DNA of 64,000 nt from Clostridia bacterium. Lineage in GTDB: Bacteria; Bacillota; Clostridia; RGIG7378. A program made the translations under genes and the position numbers. The stretch lies in assembly GCA_017559445.1 (NCBI GenBank), contig JAFYSJ010000002.1, positions 36,087 to 100,086 on the forward strand, in the 5' to 3' direction. The notes under the pieces are model-generated. The model searched no databases, was not told where the DNA came from, and worked only from the letters and a program-made list of their open reading frames with translations. The stretch's first letter is position 1, and every line of letters begins with the position of its first letter. This document shows positions 9,446-18,372 of this stretch, one piece after another.

Positions 9446-10060
9446 ATGAACGTTAACAAGGTTAAATTTCTGTTGTCCGCTGTTAAACTTGCAGATTTCC
9501 CACAAGATGACAGGCCACATATCGTTTTCTCAGGCAGATCCAACGTAGGCAAGTCCTCCGTTATTAACCGCCTGCTTAATCGCAAGAACTTTGCCAGAGT
9601 AGGTGCTACTCCTGGTAAGACTCAGCATATTAACTTTTTTGATGTAGATGGACAGGTTTACTTTGTTGACCTGCCAGGCTATGGCTATGCAACAGTTTCT
9701 AAGCAGGAGCGTCAGCGCTGGGCTAATGTTATCGACACATACTTGGAGTTCGCCAAGGAGCGTGGTATCTGCGTTCAGATTGTGGATATTAGACACAAGC
9801 CTTCTGTAGATGACTGTTCCATGGTTAGCTGGATGGTTGCTAAAGGTATGCCATTCGTTATTTTGGCTAACAAGGCAGACAAGCTTTCTGCTCGCCAGCA
9901 GTCTGAGAGCATTAAGGTTATTAAAGAGACTTTGGGCCTTGAGAGTGCAGAGGGTATCCTTCCCTTCTCCGCCCTTAAGGGTACTGGATGCAAGGACCTT
10001 ATGGATCTCATTGAGAACTTTGCTGCATACCGCTCCGATGAGGGCGAAGTTGAGGACTAA
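9446..10060 (+). CDS. engB: Ribosome biogenesis GTPase EngB (YsxC/YihA)
   Basis: G1 GRSNVGKSS, DLPGYG and NKADK motifs. 204 aa. Confidence 0.9.
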   Translation: MNVNKVKFLLSAVKLADFPQDDRPHIVFSGRSNVGKSSVINRLLNRKNFARVGATPGKTQHINFFDVDGQVYFVDLPGYGYATVSKQERQRWANVIDTYLEFAKERGICVQIVDIRHKPSVDDCSMVSWMVAKGMPFVILANKADKLSARQQSESIKVIKETLGLESAEGILPFSALKGTGCKDLMDLIENFAAYRSDEGEVED

Positions 10061-10743
10061 TCTTCTCTGAAGGCCTCTTTTATACTCTGAATAATTTCGA
10101 CTATCTTAAACCTGACCTGTACACGGACAGGTTTTTCTTTTGCTGTTACAGTGATCATCTCAACTGTATCTGTGGAAAGGGTATCCTCTATATACCCTTC
10201 CTCCTCGGGGCCTAATTTGCCTACTATGCCCTCTTTGAAGCAGAGCTGCGGAAAGAGCACGCACCACCAATTCTGGCCTTCTCCCGCTCCAATATCCACT
10301 CGTAGACAGTCATAGTCCCATGCCGGTAAGGTTAGGCTCAAATACTCCTTGGTCGGGAAAGCCTGATTACAGACCATGGCGGTTACCTGGTAGTCAAAAC
10401 CTGCTTCCTCCACTATGCTCTGTCCTATATTTTGGAAGGTTTCAATGTTCTCTGTAACTAGATCCATGGTCTCTTCCTTAGTCGGATTTTCCTGAGTTTC
10501 AAGGAGCTTTTCCATCTCCACCGCAATAGCATCACGGACCTTCAACTTCAGTTCCTGGTCCACTGTGGAATCGCTGTTGGCTACAATGTGTAGACGAAAC
10601 ACTGCCTGGGACAGTTCCTCCGCCTGTTTCACCGCAATTCCTGCTTCGCACATCAATATCCCCAATGCAAGAAACAAAAAGGCCAGGGTCACAAAACAAA
10701 CTACTGTCCTTTTGCGGCCCCAGCCACTGTTTTTTTTACTCAT
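10057..10743 (-). CDS. spoIIR: Stage II sporulation protein R (SpoIIR)
   Basis: Motif FRLHIVANSDSTVDQELKLKVRD, an N-terminal TM segment, and RBS gggagg before MSKKNSG. Convergent with engB, overlapping by 4 nt. Confidence 0.8.
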   Translation of the reverse strand: MSKKNSGWGRKRTVVCFVTLAFLFLALGILMCEAGIAVKQAEELSQAVFRLHIVANSDSTVDQELKLKVRDAIAVEMEKLLETQENPTKEETMDLVTENIETFQNIGQSIVEEAGFDYQVTAMVCNQAFPTKEYLSLTLPAWDYDCLRVDIGAGEGQNWWCVLFPQLCFKEGIVGKLGPEEEGYIEDTLSTDTVEMITVTAKEKPVRVQVRFKIVEIIQSIKEAFRED

Positions 10744-10890
10744 TTGGTATCCTCCCATTATTTTAAGTATATGGGAAGTGTTCCACCATTTTGTAAATCT
10801 ATTCAATTTGTAAAATTGGTTCTTCAACAAAAATTCATCGATGTAATACTTTTTATGTACCTTTTCTATTCTATTCCTATGGTATTGAAA

Positions 10891-10955
10891 GGGGTGTTAC
10901 ATATTTTCGCCGCAGTCCAGCACAGGGGGTGTTACATATTTTCGCCGCAATCCAT
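10891..10955. repeat. Two tandem copies of a 30-bp sequence (period 35 bp) in the spoIIR upstream region
   Basis: GGGGTGTTACATATTTTCGCCGCA(G/A)TCCA occurs at 10891-10920 and at 10926-10954. Confidence 0.55.
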
Positions 10956-10957
10956 CT

Positions 10958-10995
10958 AAGAAAAAAACCGCCTACAGACATTAATCCGTAGACGG
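10958..10995 (-). terminator. Putative terminator downstream of rsmA/ksgA
   Basis: Imperfect hairpin ccgtctacgg...ccgtaggcgg followed by TTTTTTT on the minus strand. Confidence 0.4.
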
Positions 10996-11012
10996 TGATA
11001 AACTCTATGAAT

Positions 11013-11846
11013 TTACTTTTTGAAAACCTCAGCCAGGTCTGCAAGCTGCTGCAAAGTAAGCTTTTCTGCTCTAGCAGATGGCTCAACGCCAGCCTTTACA
11101 ATTGCCTCCTGAATCTGTGCCTTGTCGCCGCCAAAATATCCTGCTGCAGCTAAGGAGTTAAGGAGAGTCTTACGTCTTAAGAGAAGTGCGTCCTTGATAA
11201 ATCTAAAGAGGTGCTGCTCGTCAGAAGTAACTGCTCTAGGCTTGTCCAAAATACGAATGTGCAATACTGTGGACTGAACTGGTGCAGGTGGGAAGAAGTT
11301 TGAACCGTCTACATTAGTTACAACTTCAACCTCGCCATAGTTTGCCGCCATAATAGACATAAGACCATAGCCGTCCTGTCCTGGCTTTGCAACTACCTTA
11401 TTAGCTACCTCAGTCTGCATCATAACCGTGATGTCGGAGATGTACTCGTGGTATGTAAAAAGCCTCTTCATTATCTCTGTTGTAATGTAATAAGGAAGAT
11501 TGCCAACAACCTTAATCTTAGGGCCAAAGGAACTAAAATCTGCCTCTAGGACGTCCTGATTAATGATTTTGTAGTTGTTATACTCAGAAAGTCTACTTTC
11601 CAATGCAGGCAAAACTCGCTTGTCCAGCTCGATGCCAATCAACTGGCCTGCCTCTGCGCAAAGCTCATATGTAAGAGCGCCAATACCGCATCCAATCTCA
11701 ACAACTGTATCCTCTGGACCTGCCTCTACGCTATCTACAATATCCTCAATAACCTGTTGGTTAATAAGGAAGTTCTGGCCTAAATTTTTGTCTGGGTGTA
11801 TGCCACTAACCTTGCAAAGGTTAAGGCAAATATTTTTGTTCATCAT
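11013..11846 (-). CDS. rsmA: 16S rRNA (adenine1518/1519-N6) dimethyltransferase RsmA/KsgA
   Basis: Motif HPDKNLGQNFLI and SAM-binding VVEIGCGIGALT. 277 aa. Confidence 0.9.
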   Translation of the reverse strand: MMNKNICLNLCKVSGIHPDKNLGQNFLINQQVIEDIVDSVEAGPEDTVVEIGCGIGALTYELCAEAGQLIGIELDKRVLPALESRLSEYNNYKIINQDVLEADFSSFGPKIKVVGNLPYYITTEIMKRLFTYHEYISDITVMMQTEVANKVVAKPGQDGYGLMSIMAANYGEVEVVTNVDGSNFFPPAPVQSTVLHIRILDKPRAVTSDEQHLFRFIKDALLLRRKTLLNSLAAAGYFGGDKAQIQEAIVKAGVEPSARAEKLTLQQLADLAEVFKK

Positions 11847-11855
11847 AAGATCACC

Positions 11856-12938
11856 TTAGAATGGATATCCTGTCTGCTCATACAAAACGTAAGCATATCC
11901 GTACTTACATCCGAATCCATCTGATTCTTCCTGCGTGTTTACGTAAAGGTCCAAGTGGTCACCCTTAACACCTCCACCAATATCTCCTGTCCAACAGAAT
12001 CCGTAATCCGGAAGTCCGTCAATGGTTACATAAAGGTTAGTATTAAGTGGGATATATGCTGGGTCACATGCTACAATGCCAATTCGAGCCATATATCCAG
12101 AATATGTGATTCCAAACTCTGGGTGGTCAGGATGCTTGCCTGTATCCTTGTAGCTGGCTGTGTAGCAAGTAAGACGTACACGAATCTTCTTGGAATAGCG
12201 AACCTTAGTTCCGTTGGAAGCATAGAATACTGGAACTGTACCTACCTCAACGATTGCATTTGTTGGGTAGCTTACAACCTGAGTGGACACTTTTTCCTTA
12301 GAAACAACCTGGCCATTTTCACGGATAACCTTATATGTCTCCACAGTCTTACCGTTTACACCCTTCTGTACAACCTTAGTTGTTCCCTTGTCCATGGTGT
12401 TATTGTCTCTGTATGTTGTGGTGTATGCAACTACAACTTCCTGCTGAACGTACTCGCTGTCTACTCGAACTACATTAATTACCATGCCGTCCTCAATGGG
12501 GCTGCTGCTGGACAAAACTCCTGATGCTGCTTCGCTCCATGTGTACTCTCTCTTTTCAAGTCTGTCAGATGAATCGATATAGACTCCTGCCAACTGGAAA
12601 AGCTCGCCAACTGTGTCCTCCATGCAGTAAACCTTGGTTGTAATACCGTCTGCAATATATGTTACTAACTTTGCGGATGAATCCTCTGTTTCTTCCTTGG
12701 TTTCCTGCTGGATATAGAACTCGGGCTTAGTAATCTCTCCTCTAGATTCCAAATATCTATTAACTTCTTGTGTCTTAACAACAGTCTCTGTCACCTCTGG
12801 AGAAACGCTAGAGTCCGGTGTTAACAAGGCCTTGTTAACCGTTGCAGAAATGGCAAAGCCTAAGCCAACTGCCACAAGCACGGCCAAACAAGCAGTCAAT
12901 ATATCGTTTTTCTTAAGGAAATCGATAATTTTCTTCAT
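11856..12938 (-). CDS. YabE-like cell-wall protein with an N-terminal TM segment, a G5 domain and a C-terminal 3D (RlpA-like) domain
   Basis: 360 aa. The C-terminus YTASYKDTGKHPDHPEFGITYSGYMARIGIVACDP...DGFGCKYGYAYVLY is characteristic of 3D domains. The tatD-yabE-ksgA neighbourhood matches Bacillus. Confidence 0.7.
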   Translation of the reverse strand: MKKIIDFLKKNDILTACLAVLVAVGLGFAISATVNKALLTPDSSVSPEVTETVVKTQEVNRYLESRGEITKPEFYIQQETKEETEDSSAKLVTYIADGITTKVYCMEDTVGELFQLAGVYIDSSDRLEKREYTWSEAASGVLSSSSPIEDGMVINVVRVDSEYVQQEVVVAYTTTYRDNNTMDKGTTKVVQKGVNGKTVETYKVIRENGQVVSKEKVSTQVVSYPTNAIVEVGTVPVFYASNGTKVRYSKKIRVRLTCYTASYKDTGKHPDHPEFGITYSGYMARIGIVACDPAYIPLNTNLYVTIDGLPDYGFCWTGDIGGGVKGDHLDLYVNTQEESDGFGCKYGYAYVLYEQTGYPF

Positions 12939-12952
12939 TTAATGCTTCTTTC

Positions 12953-13720
12953 TTAAATCTTAAATAGCTTTTTGCCATTGTCATATGTAATATTCTCTAC
13001 CATTTCTGGAGAAACATTCCAAATGCTGGCAATTTGCTCTATTACATAGGCTATGTAATCGGAGCGATTTCGATGACCTCTGTGTGGTACAGCTGTCAAA
13101 TAGGGGGCGTCTGTCTCCACAATAAGTCTGTCGTGAGGCAAGGCCTCAACCACCTCTCTAACCTTAACTGCGTTCTTAAATGTGACCACACCACCGATTC
13201 CGATGTGCATATTGATGTCAAATACCTGGCGGAGCATTTCTTTGCTGCCGCTATAGCAGTGCATTACACCTCCAACTTCCCATGCTTTTTCTTGCTTAAG
13301 GATAGTCAAAGTGTCCTGATGAGCCTCTCTGTCGTGAATAACCAGAGGTAGGCCCAACTCACGGCTAATGCCTATTTGACGGATAAACAGCTTGTGTTGT
13401 TCGTCCTTGTCGCCGCCATTAACATAGTCCAACCCCACTTCGCCTATGGCCTTGATCTTAGAGTTAGATGTTGCCATCTGCTGAATGCTGCTAAGGTTCT
13501 CATCCGTGAGCTCCTCAACCCTCTCAGGGTGAATGCCCAAGGCGCCGTACACAAAGTCATACTTGTCACAAAGGTCCATAATCTTGTGGCAGGACTCAAT
13601 ACCATCTGCGCAGTTCAAGATAAGGCCCACATTGCCGCTGGCATGCATTTCCTGCAGCAACGCGTCTCTATCTAAATCATAAGCATCACAGTCATAGTGA
13701 GCGTGGGTATCAAAAATCAT
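12953..13720 (-). CDS. tatD: TatD family metal-dependent deoxyribonuclease (YabD)
   Basis: Starts MIFDTHAHYD and carries the histidine motifs of TatD. 255 aa. Confidence 0.9.
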   Translation of the reverse strand: MIFDTHAHYDCDAYDLDRDALLQEMHASGNVGLILNCADGIESCHKIMDLCDKYDFVYGALGIHPERVEELTDENLSSIQQMATSNSKIKAIGEVGLDYVNGGDKDEQHKLFIRQIGISRELGLPLVIHDREAHQDTLTILKQEKAWEVGGVMHCYSGSKEMLRQVFDINMHIGIGGVVTFKNAVKVREVVEALPHDRLIVETDAPYLTAVPHRGHRNRSDYIAYVIEQIASIWNVSPEMVENITYDNGKKLFKI

Positions 13721-15652
13721 TTAGCAAACCTCAGATCCAAGAGGAATGTCCTTCTCGGGAGTTACGATGCAAAGCTGGCCATCCTGAGATGCGCAAAGCA
13801 CCATACCGTTAGACTCAACGCCGCAAAGTTTAACTGGCTTAAGATTTGTTACAACAACTACTCTCTTGCCTACCATTTCCTCTGGTGTGTAGTACTGAGC
13901 AATACCGGAAACTACCTGTCTTACCTCGTAGCCAAGGTCAATCTGGCTGCAGAGAAGCTTCTTGCTCTTAGCAACGCGCTCACATGCCTTGATCTGGCCA
14001 ACTCTCATCTCAAGCTTAGAGAATGCCTCGTAGTCAATAAGTTCCTTGGGCTCTGGCTTAGGCTGTGCCTTAGGTGCCTCTGCCTGTGCCAAAAGCTCGT
14101 CTACCTGCTGGTTAACAACTGCAGGGTCAAGTCTTGCAAAGAGAATCTCTGGCTTGTCTGTAACCTGTCCGCCGTTGTAAAGGCCGAATGTGGAGAGCTC
14201 CTCAAGCTTTCTAGCAGGGCTGTTGAGCATCTTGAGAATCTTAGCAGATGTCTCTGGCATGAAGGACTCCAACAAAGATGCGCCAATAACAAGGCTCTCT
14301 ACCAAGTTGTAAAGTACTGTCTTAAGTCTATCTGCTGTCTCAGGATTCTTAGCCAATACCCATGGTTCTGTCTCGTCGATATACTTGTTGCATCTCTTGA
14401 ACAAGTTAAAGATCTCAGTAATAGCATCTGCTACTCTAAGCTCCTCCATCTTAGCTGTTACCTTGTCTACACATGCTGTAGCAACTGCCTTAAGCTCTGC
14501 ATCTACATCTGCAGAAACACCGCCGTCTACAACCTGTCCACCAAAGTACTTGTTGCTCATGGCGATTGTACGATTAACAAGGTTACCCATTGTGTTAGCA
14601 AGGTCAGAGTTAACTCTCTCAACCATAAGGTCCCAAGTAATGGAGCCGTCGCTCTCAAATGGCATTTCGTGAAGAACAAAATATCTAACTGCGTCTACGC
14701 CGAAAAGCTTAACCAAATCGTCTGCGTAAATAAGGTTTCCGCGGGACTTGGACATCTTGTCGCCGTTTTGCAGAAGCCAAGGATGACCGAATACCTGCTT
14801 AGGCAATGGCAAATCCAAAGCCATGAGGAAAATAGGCCAGTAAATTGTATGGAAACGAATGATGTCCTTTCCGATAAGGTGAAGGTCTGCAGGCCAAAGT
14901 TCGCCAAACTGCTCTGTGCTGTCGCCAAGTGGATTGTATCCAATACCTGTGATGTAGTTTGTAAGAGCATCTAGCCATACGTATACAACGTGTCTTGGAT
15001 CGAATGGAACCTGAATACCCCACTTAAAGGAGCTACGAGAAACGCAAAGATCCTGAAGTCCTGGCTTAAGGAAGTTGTTCATCATCTCGTTCTTACGGGA
15101 AACTGGCTGGATGAACTCAGGGTGTGCCTCAATATGGTCAATAAGACGCTGAGCGTACTTGCTCATACGGAAGAAGTAAGCCTCCTCCTTAGCTGGCTGG
15201 CACTCTCTGCCACAGTCTGGGCACTTGCCATCTACCAACTGAGACTCTGTCCAGAAGGACTCACATGGTGTGCAGTACATACCCTCGTATGCACCCTTGT
15301 AAATATCACCCTGCTCGTAAAGTCTTGTGAAAATTTCCTGTACGCACTTTTCGTGATAATCGTCTGTTGTTCTAATAAATTTATCGTAAGAGGTGTTAAG
15401 CATGTCCCAAAGGCCGCGAATAACACCTGCTACGTTATCTACGTACTCCTTGGGTGTAACGCCTGCTGCGGCTGCCTTCTCCTCAATCTTCTGTCCGTGC
15501 TCGTCTGTACCTGTCTGGTAGAAAACGTTGTAGCCCTGGAATCTCTTATAACGGGCAATGGCGTCTGCCAAAACTGCCTCGTAGCAGTTGCCTATATGAG
15601 GCTTGCCAGATGTGTAAGCAATAGCTGTTGTAATGTAATAATTCTTTGCCAT
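13721..15652 (-). CDS. metG: Methionine--tRNA ligase with a C-terminal tRNA-binding (EMAP-like) domain
   Basis: HIGN motif (AYTSGKPHIGN), KMSKS, and a C-terminal tRNA-binding domain. Start set at MAKNYYITT, which is internal to the ORF-track call. Confidence 0.9.
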   Translation of the reverse strand: MAKNYYITTAIAYTSGKPHIGNCYEAVLADAIARYKRFQGYNVFYQTGTDEHGQKIEEKAAAAGVTPKEYVDNVAGVIRGLWDMLNTSYDKFIRTTDDYHEKCVQEIFTRLYEQGDIYKGAYEGMYCTPCESFWTESQLVDGKCPDCGRECQPAKEEAYFFRMSKYAQRLIDHIEAHPEFIQPVSRKNEMMNNFLKPGLQDLCVSRSSFKWGIQVPFDPRHVVYVWLDALTNYITGIGYNPLGDSTEQFGELWPADLHLIGKDIIRFHTIYWPIFLMALDLPLPKQVFGHPWLLQNGDKMSKSRGNLIYADDLVKLFGVDAVRYFVLHEMPFESDGSITWDLMVERVNSDLANTMGNLVNRTIAMSNKYFGGQVVDGGVSADVDAELKAVATACVDKVTAKMEELRVADAITEIFNLFKRCNKYIDETEPWVLAKNPETADRLKTVLYNLVESLVIGASLLESFMPETSAKILKMLNSPARKLEELSTFGLYNGGQVTDKPEILFARLDPAVVNQQVDELLAQAEAPKAQPKPEPKELIDYEAFSKLEMRVGQIKACERVAKSKKLLCSQIDLGYEVRQVVSGIAQYYTPEEMVGKRVVVVTNLKPVKLCGVESNGMVLCASQDGQLCIVTPEKDIPLGSEVC

Positions 15653-15770
15653 GTTGTGGGTTTTGCGACAAATGTGCCGCTCTCCTTTTCCAATTGTTCC
15701 ATGTCTGTACATAGATGGTGTTATTATATGATAGATAAAGACATCACGCAAGAAATAGTACGATGTCTTT

Positions 15771-16195
15771 AGTGAACCGCTACGCTAGTGACCGCTCATT
15801 GCATTCGCTAGTAGGCCACGAGCAAAGCTCGTTAGTGAGCCGCAAGCAAAGCTTGCTAGTATACGCTCGTTTCACTCGCTAGTGAGCCGCTACGCTAGTA
15901 ACCGCAACTACGTTGCTAGTGAACCGCAAGCGGGGCTTGCTAGTATACGCTCGTTTCACTCGCTAGTGAGCCGCTACGCTAGTGGCCGCGCTGTCGCGCT
16001 AGTGAACCGCAAGCGGGGCTTGCTAGTATACGCTCGTTTCACTCGCTAGTGAACCGCTGCGCTAGTAGGCCGCAACTACGTTGCTAGTGAGCCGCTACGC
16101 TAGTAGGCCGCGCTGTCGCGCTAGTGAACCGCAAGCGGGGCTTGCTAGTATACGCTCGTTTCACTCGCTAGTGAGCCGCTACGCTAGTGAGCACA
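15771..16195. repeat. Largest tandem array (about 425 bp) of CTAGTGAGCCGC-type mini-hairpin repeats (locus B), with a higher-order period of about 90 bp
   Basis: At least 20 units of CTAGT(G/A)(A/G/T)(G/A)CCGC separated by 4-13-nt GC-rich spacers, many of which are palindromic (GCAAGCGGGGCTTGC, GAGCAAAGCTCG). The block ctagtgaaccgcaagcggggcttgctagtatacgctcgtttcactcgctagtgagccgctacgctagtNgccgcgctgtcgcg repeats three times. Confidence 0.8.
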
Positions 16196-16284
16196 GCGAA
16201 CCTTCCACGTGCACAGCACATTCCCAATTCATCATTTCTCATTAACACACATACACTTTTCCCAAACCTACTTTGGAGTTTTAC

Positions 16285-16911
16285 ATGCTAGATTTTGTTT
16301 GGCTTTTCCTACTACTTTCCGGGGCAATTTATGGCATGGTTACAGGACATCCTGGTGACATTTCCCAAGCCATACTCCAAGGAGCTGGGGATGGCATCCA
16401 AATTACCATTGGCCTTGCTGGAATGTTTTGCCTATGGAGTGGACTTACTGAAATTGCTTCACGAGCAGGGATTTTGACCTGGCTTAGCAACCTTTTATGG
16501 CCAGTAATCCATATTCTAATGCCAAACCTGCCCAAAGACTGTGATGCATCGCGAGCCATTTCCATGAACCTTGTGGCTAATATGCTTGGTGTAGGCAACG
16601 CTGCCACTCCCTTGGGAATAAAGGCAGTGCAGGAGTTAAAGATTCAAGAACGCACAGGTGACACAGTCTCCAATTCCATGATCATGTTCCTACTTTTGAA
16701 TGTGGCTGGACTACAATTGGTTCCTACCATGGTGCTTTCCATCCGCCAAGGTTGCGGTGCCACTGTAGCTTCATCTGTTCTTCCTAAGATTTGGGTTGTG
16801 CAAATCGTTTCCCTGCTGTGCGGAATAATCACCTGCGCCATATGTAGCTGTATTTCCTCCGTATCTAAAGCTCGTTTTCACAAAAAAGAGGCCCTTGTAT
16901 GTCAGGCATAA
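16285..16911 (+). CDS. spmA: Spore maturation protein A (nucleoside-recognition/Gate-domain membrane protein)
   Basis: About 208-aa polytopic protein. Size and organisation fit SpmA, and SpmB follows immediately. ATG at 16285 with RBS ttggag. Confidence 0.75.
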   Translation: MLDFVWLFLLLSGAIYGMVTGHPGDISQAILQGAGDGIQITIGLAGMFCLWSGLTEIASRAGILTWLSNLLWPVIHILMPNLPKDCDASRAISMNLVANMLGVGNAATPLGIKAVQELKIQERTGDTVSNSMIMFLLLNVAGLQLVPTMVLSIRQGCGATVASSVLPKIWVVQIVSLLCGIITCAICSCISSVSKARFHKKEALVCQA

Positions 16912-17405
16912 CTGAAATCATAGGGGCTTATGCCTTGCCTGTTATTGTGCTTCTCATTTTGGTAATTGGATTTGCCAAAAAGGTCCCCCTTTTTGACGCC
17001 TTCGTGGACGGAGTGAAACAAAGTTTGCCATCACTTGTTCGACTGATTCCTGTAATGGTGGGGCTCGTCACTGCAGTTACGGTTTTCCGTGCAGGTGGAG
17101 CGGCTCAGTTTATTAGCACCCTAGTTTCTCCAATTGCAAAATTCATGGGGTTTTCTTCAGAATTAATTTCCTTAGCAATTCTAAAACCCATTTCAGGATC
17201 CGCCTCTGCCACTTTAGCTGCAGACATAATGGAACAATTTGGACCCGATTCCATCACCGGCGTACAAGCTGCAATTTTACTGGGCTGTGGCGACACTGTC
17301 ATGTATGTAATCTCCGTATATTTTGGTTCTGCGGGCATAAAAAAACTGCGCTATGCCATACTTCCTATTCTGGTCTCTAGCGCAGTAGTTATTTTGTTAT
17401 TGTGA
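16899..17405 (+). CDS. spmB: Spore maturation protein B
   Basis: 168-aa Gate-domain membrane protein that overlaps spmA by 13 nt. RBS aaagagg. Confidence 0.75.
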   Translation: MSGITEIIGAYALPVIVLLILVIGFAKKVPLFDAFVDGVKQSLPSLVRLIPVMVGLVTAVTVFRAGGAAQFISTLVSPIAKFMGFSSELISLAILKPISGSASATLAADIMEQFGPDSITGVQAAILLGCGDTVMYVISVYFGSAGIKKLRYAILPILVSSAVVILLL

Positions 17406-18176
17406 TTTCTTGGTTTTCCATGCCTTTACAAAGAATGGAAGATAGAACAAGGCGGCTATTACGATAACCATTGTTCCAATTACGCCCAAATATATGAACC
17501 AATGGGTCTCCGTGGTCAAAGGAATATTAATTGGAGGTCTGTTTGTAAAAAAGAAGTTTGTAGCATAGTCTACACTAACAAGTTCTCCATTAATGTATGT
17601 AGGGGACGCAAATACTGAGTTAAGGAAAATGGATACAAATCCCATGGCTCCCAAAAGTCCCACTGTAGACAAATAGTGTCTTGGCTTTATCTCAAACTCT
17701 TTTGAGAATGGGATGTACAAACCCAATAAAATCAGCATTACATGGTACAAAAAGTACTGGTATGCCAATGGGTGTGTAAATGCCTGAGAAACTGTTATTG
17801 TCTCGTCAAAAACAATGGGAATAAACAAAGAAAATGCCGCTCCAACTCCACATGTTGGATACATAAAAGCAAGAAGATTCTCCCTGAATTTACAATCCTT
17901 TGCAAATCTTGTGTAGAAAATGAAGATCATTTGTATTGAACAAAGATGTAATGGCAACTGACCCACATCCAAATATGGATACATCATACTTCCGTCAGTG
18001 GAAGGAACCATTTCTACTGTGCTGAATAACCTTATTGCTTCTGCAACAACGGCAAAAATGCTGGCCCACTTAAGAACAAGGCGCAAAGGCGGTCTTTTCT
18101 TAAGCAGGAAATATAATCCCGCTCCAATTAACAAGAAACTTATAATCAGCCAAATAATGTGATTTGTTGTAAACAT
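17397..18176 (-). CDS. Polytopic integral membrane protein of unknown function (possibly YwaF/TIGR02206-like). A paralogue-like protein lies at 61603.
   Basis: 259 aa with 7-8 predicted TM segments. Motif PLHLCSIQ. Architecture resembles the ORF at 61603 (FPFQLCG). Confidence 0.45.
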   Translation of the reverse strand: MFTTNHIIWLIISFLLIGAGLYFLLKKRPPLRLVLKWASIFAVVAEAIRLFSTVEMVPSTDGSMMYPYLDVGQLPLHLCSIQMIFIFYTRFAKDCKFRENLLAFMYPTCGVGAAFSLFIPIVFDETITVSQAFTHPLAYQYFLYHVMLILLGLYIPFSKEFEIKPRHYLSTVGLLGAMGFVSIFLNSVFASPTYINGELVSVDYATNFFFTNRPPINIPLTTETHWFIYLGVIGTMVIVIAALFYLPFFVKAWKTKKSQ

Positions 18177-18204
18177 CGTCTATTCCTTTCACCATTAAGA
18201 CAAT

Positions 18205-18372
18205 TCACTAGCGAATGCAATGAGCGGCCACTAGCACAGCGGCTCACTAGCGAATGCAATGAGCGGCCACTAGCGCAGCGGTTCACTAGCAACGTAGTTG
18301 CGGCCTACTAACGAGCTTTGCTCGTGGCTCACTAGCGAATGCAATGAGCGGCCACTAGCGCAGCGGCTCACT
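18205..18372. repeat. CTAGTGAGCCGC-type mini-hairpin repeat array (locus C)
   Basis: cactagcgaatgcaatgagcggccactagcacagcggctcactagcgaatgcaatgagcgg..., lying between the rsmI stop and the next gene. Confidence 0.7.

Noticed and set aside
13697-14974. 425-aa plus-strand ORF inside metG, and similar long antisense ORFs (4556-5482, 47665-49236, 45476-46288, 50434-51207)
   Set aside because: All are antisense to well-supported conserved genes (metG, the amino-acid binding protein, rny, rluD, ftsK) and lack RBS and domain signatures.
15653-15770. T-box riboswitch expected upstream of metG
   Set aside because: There is no T-box consensus (AATTAGGGTGGNACCGCG) or specifier/antiterminator arrangement. 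The leader is only about 120 nt before it runs into the repeat array.
15771-16195. Possible CRISPR array, given regularly spaced repeats with variable inserts
   Set aside because: The conserved core is only about 12 nt and the variable segments are 4-13 nt and mostly palindromic. CRISPR arrays need repeats of 24 nt or more with spacers of similar length. No cas genes are in the window, and the same units recur at five other loci in both orientations.
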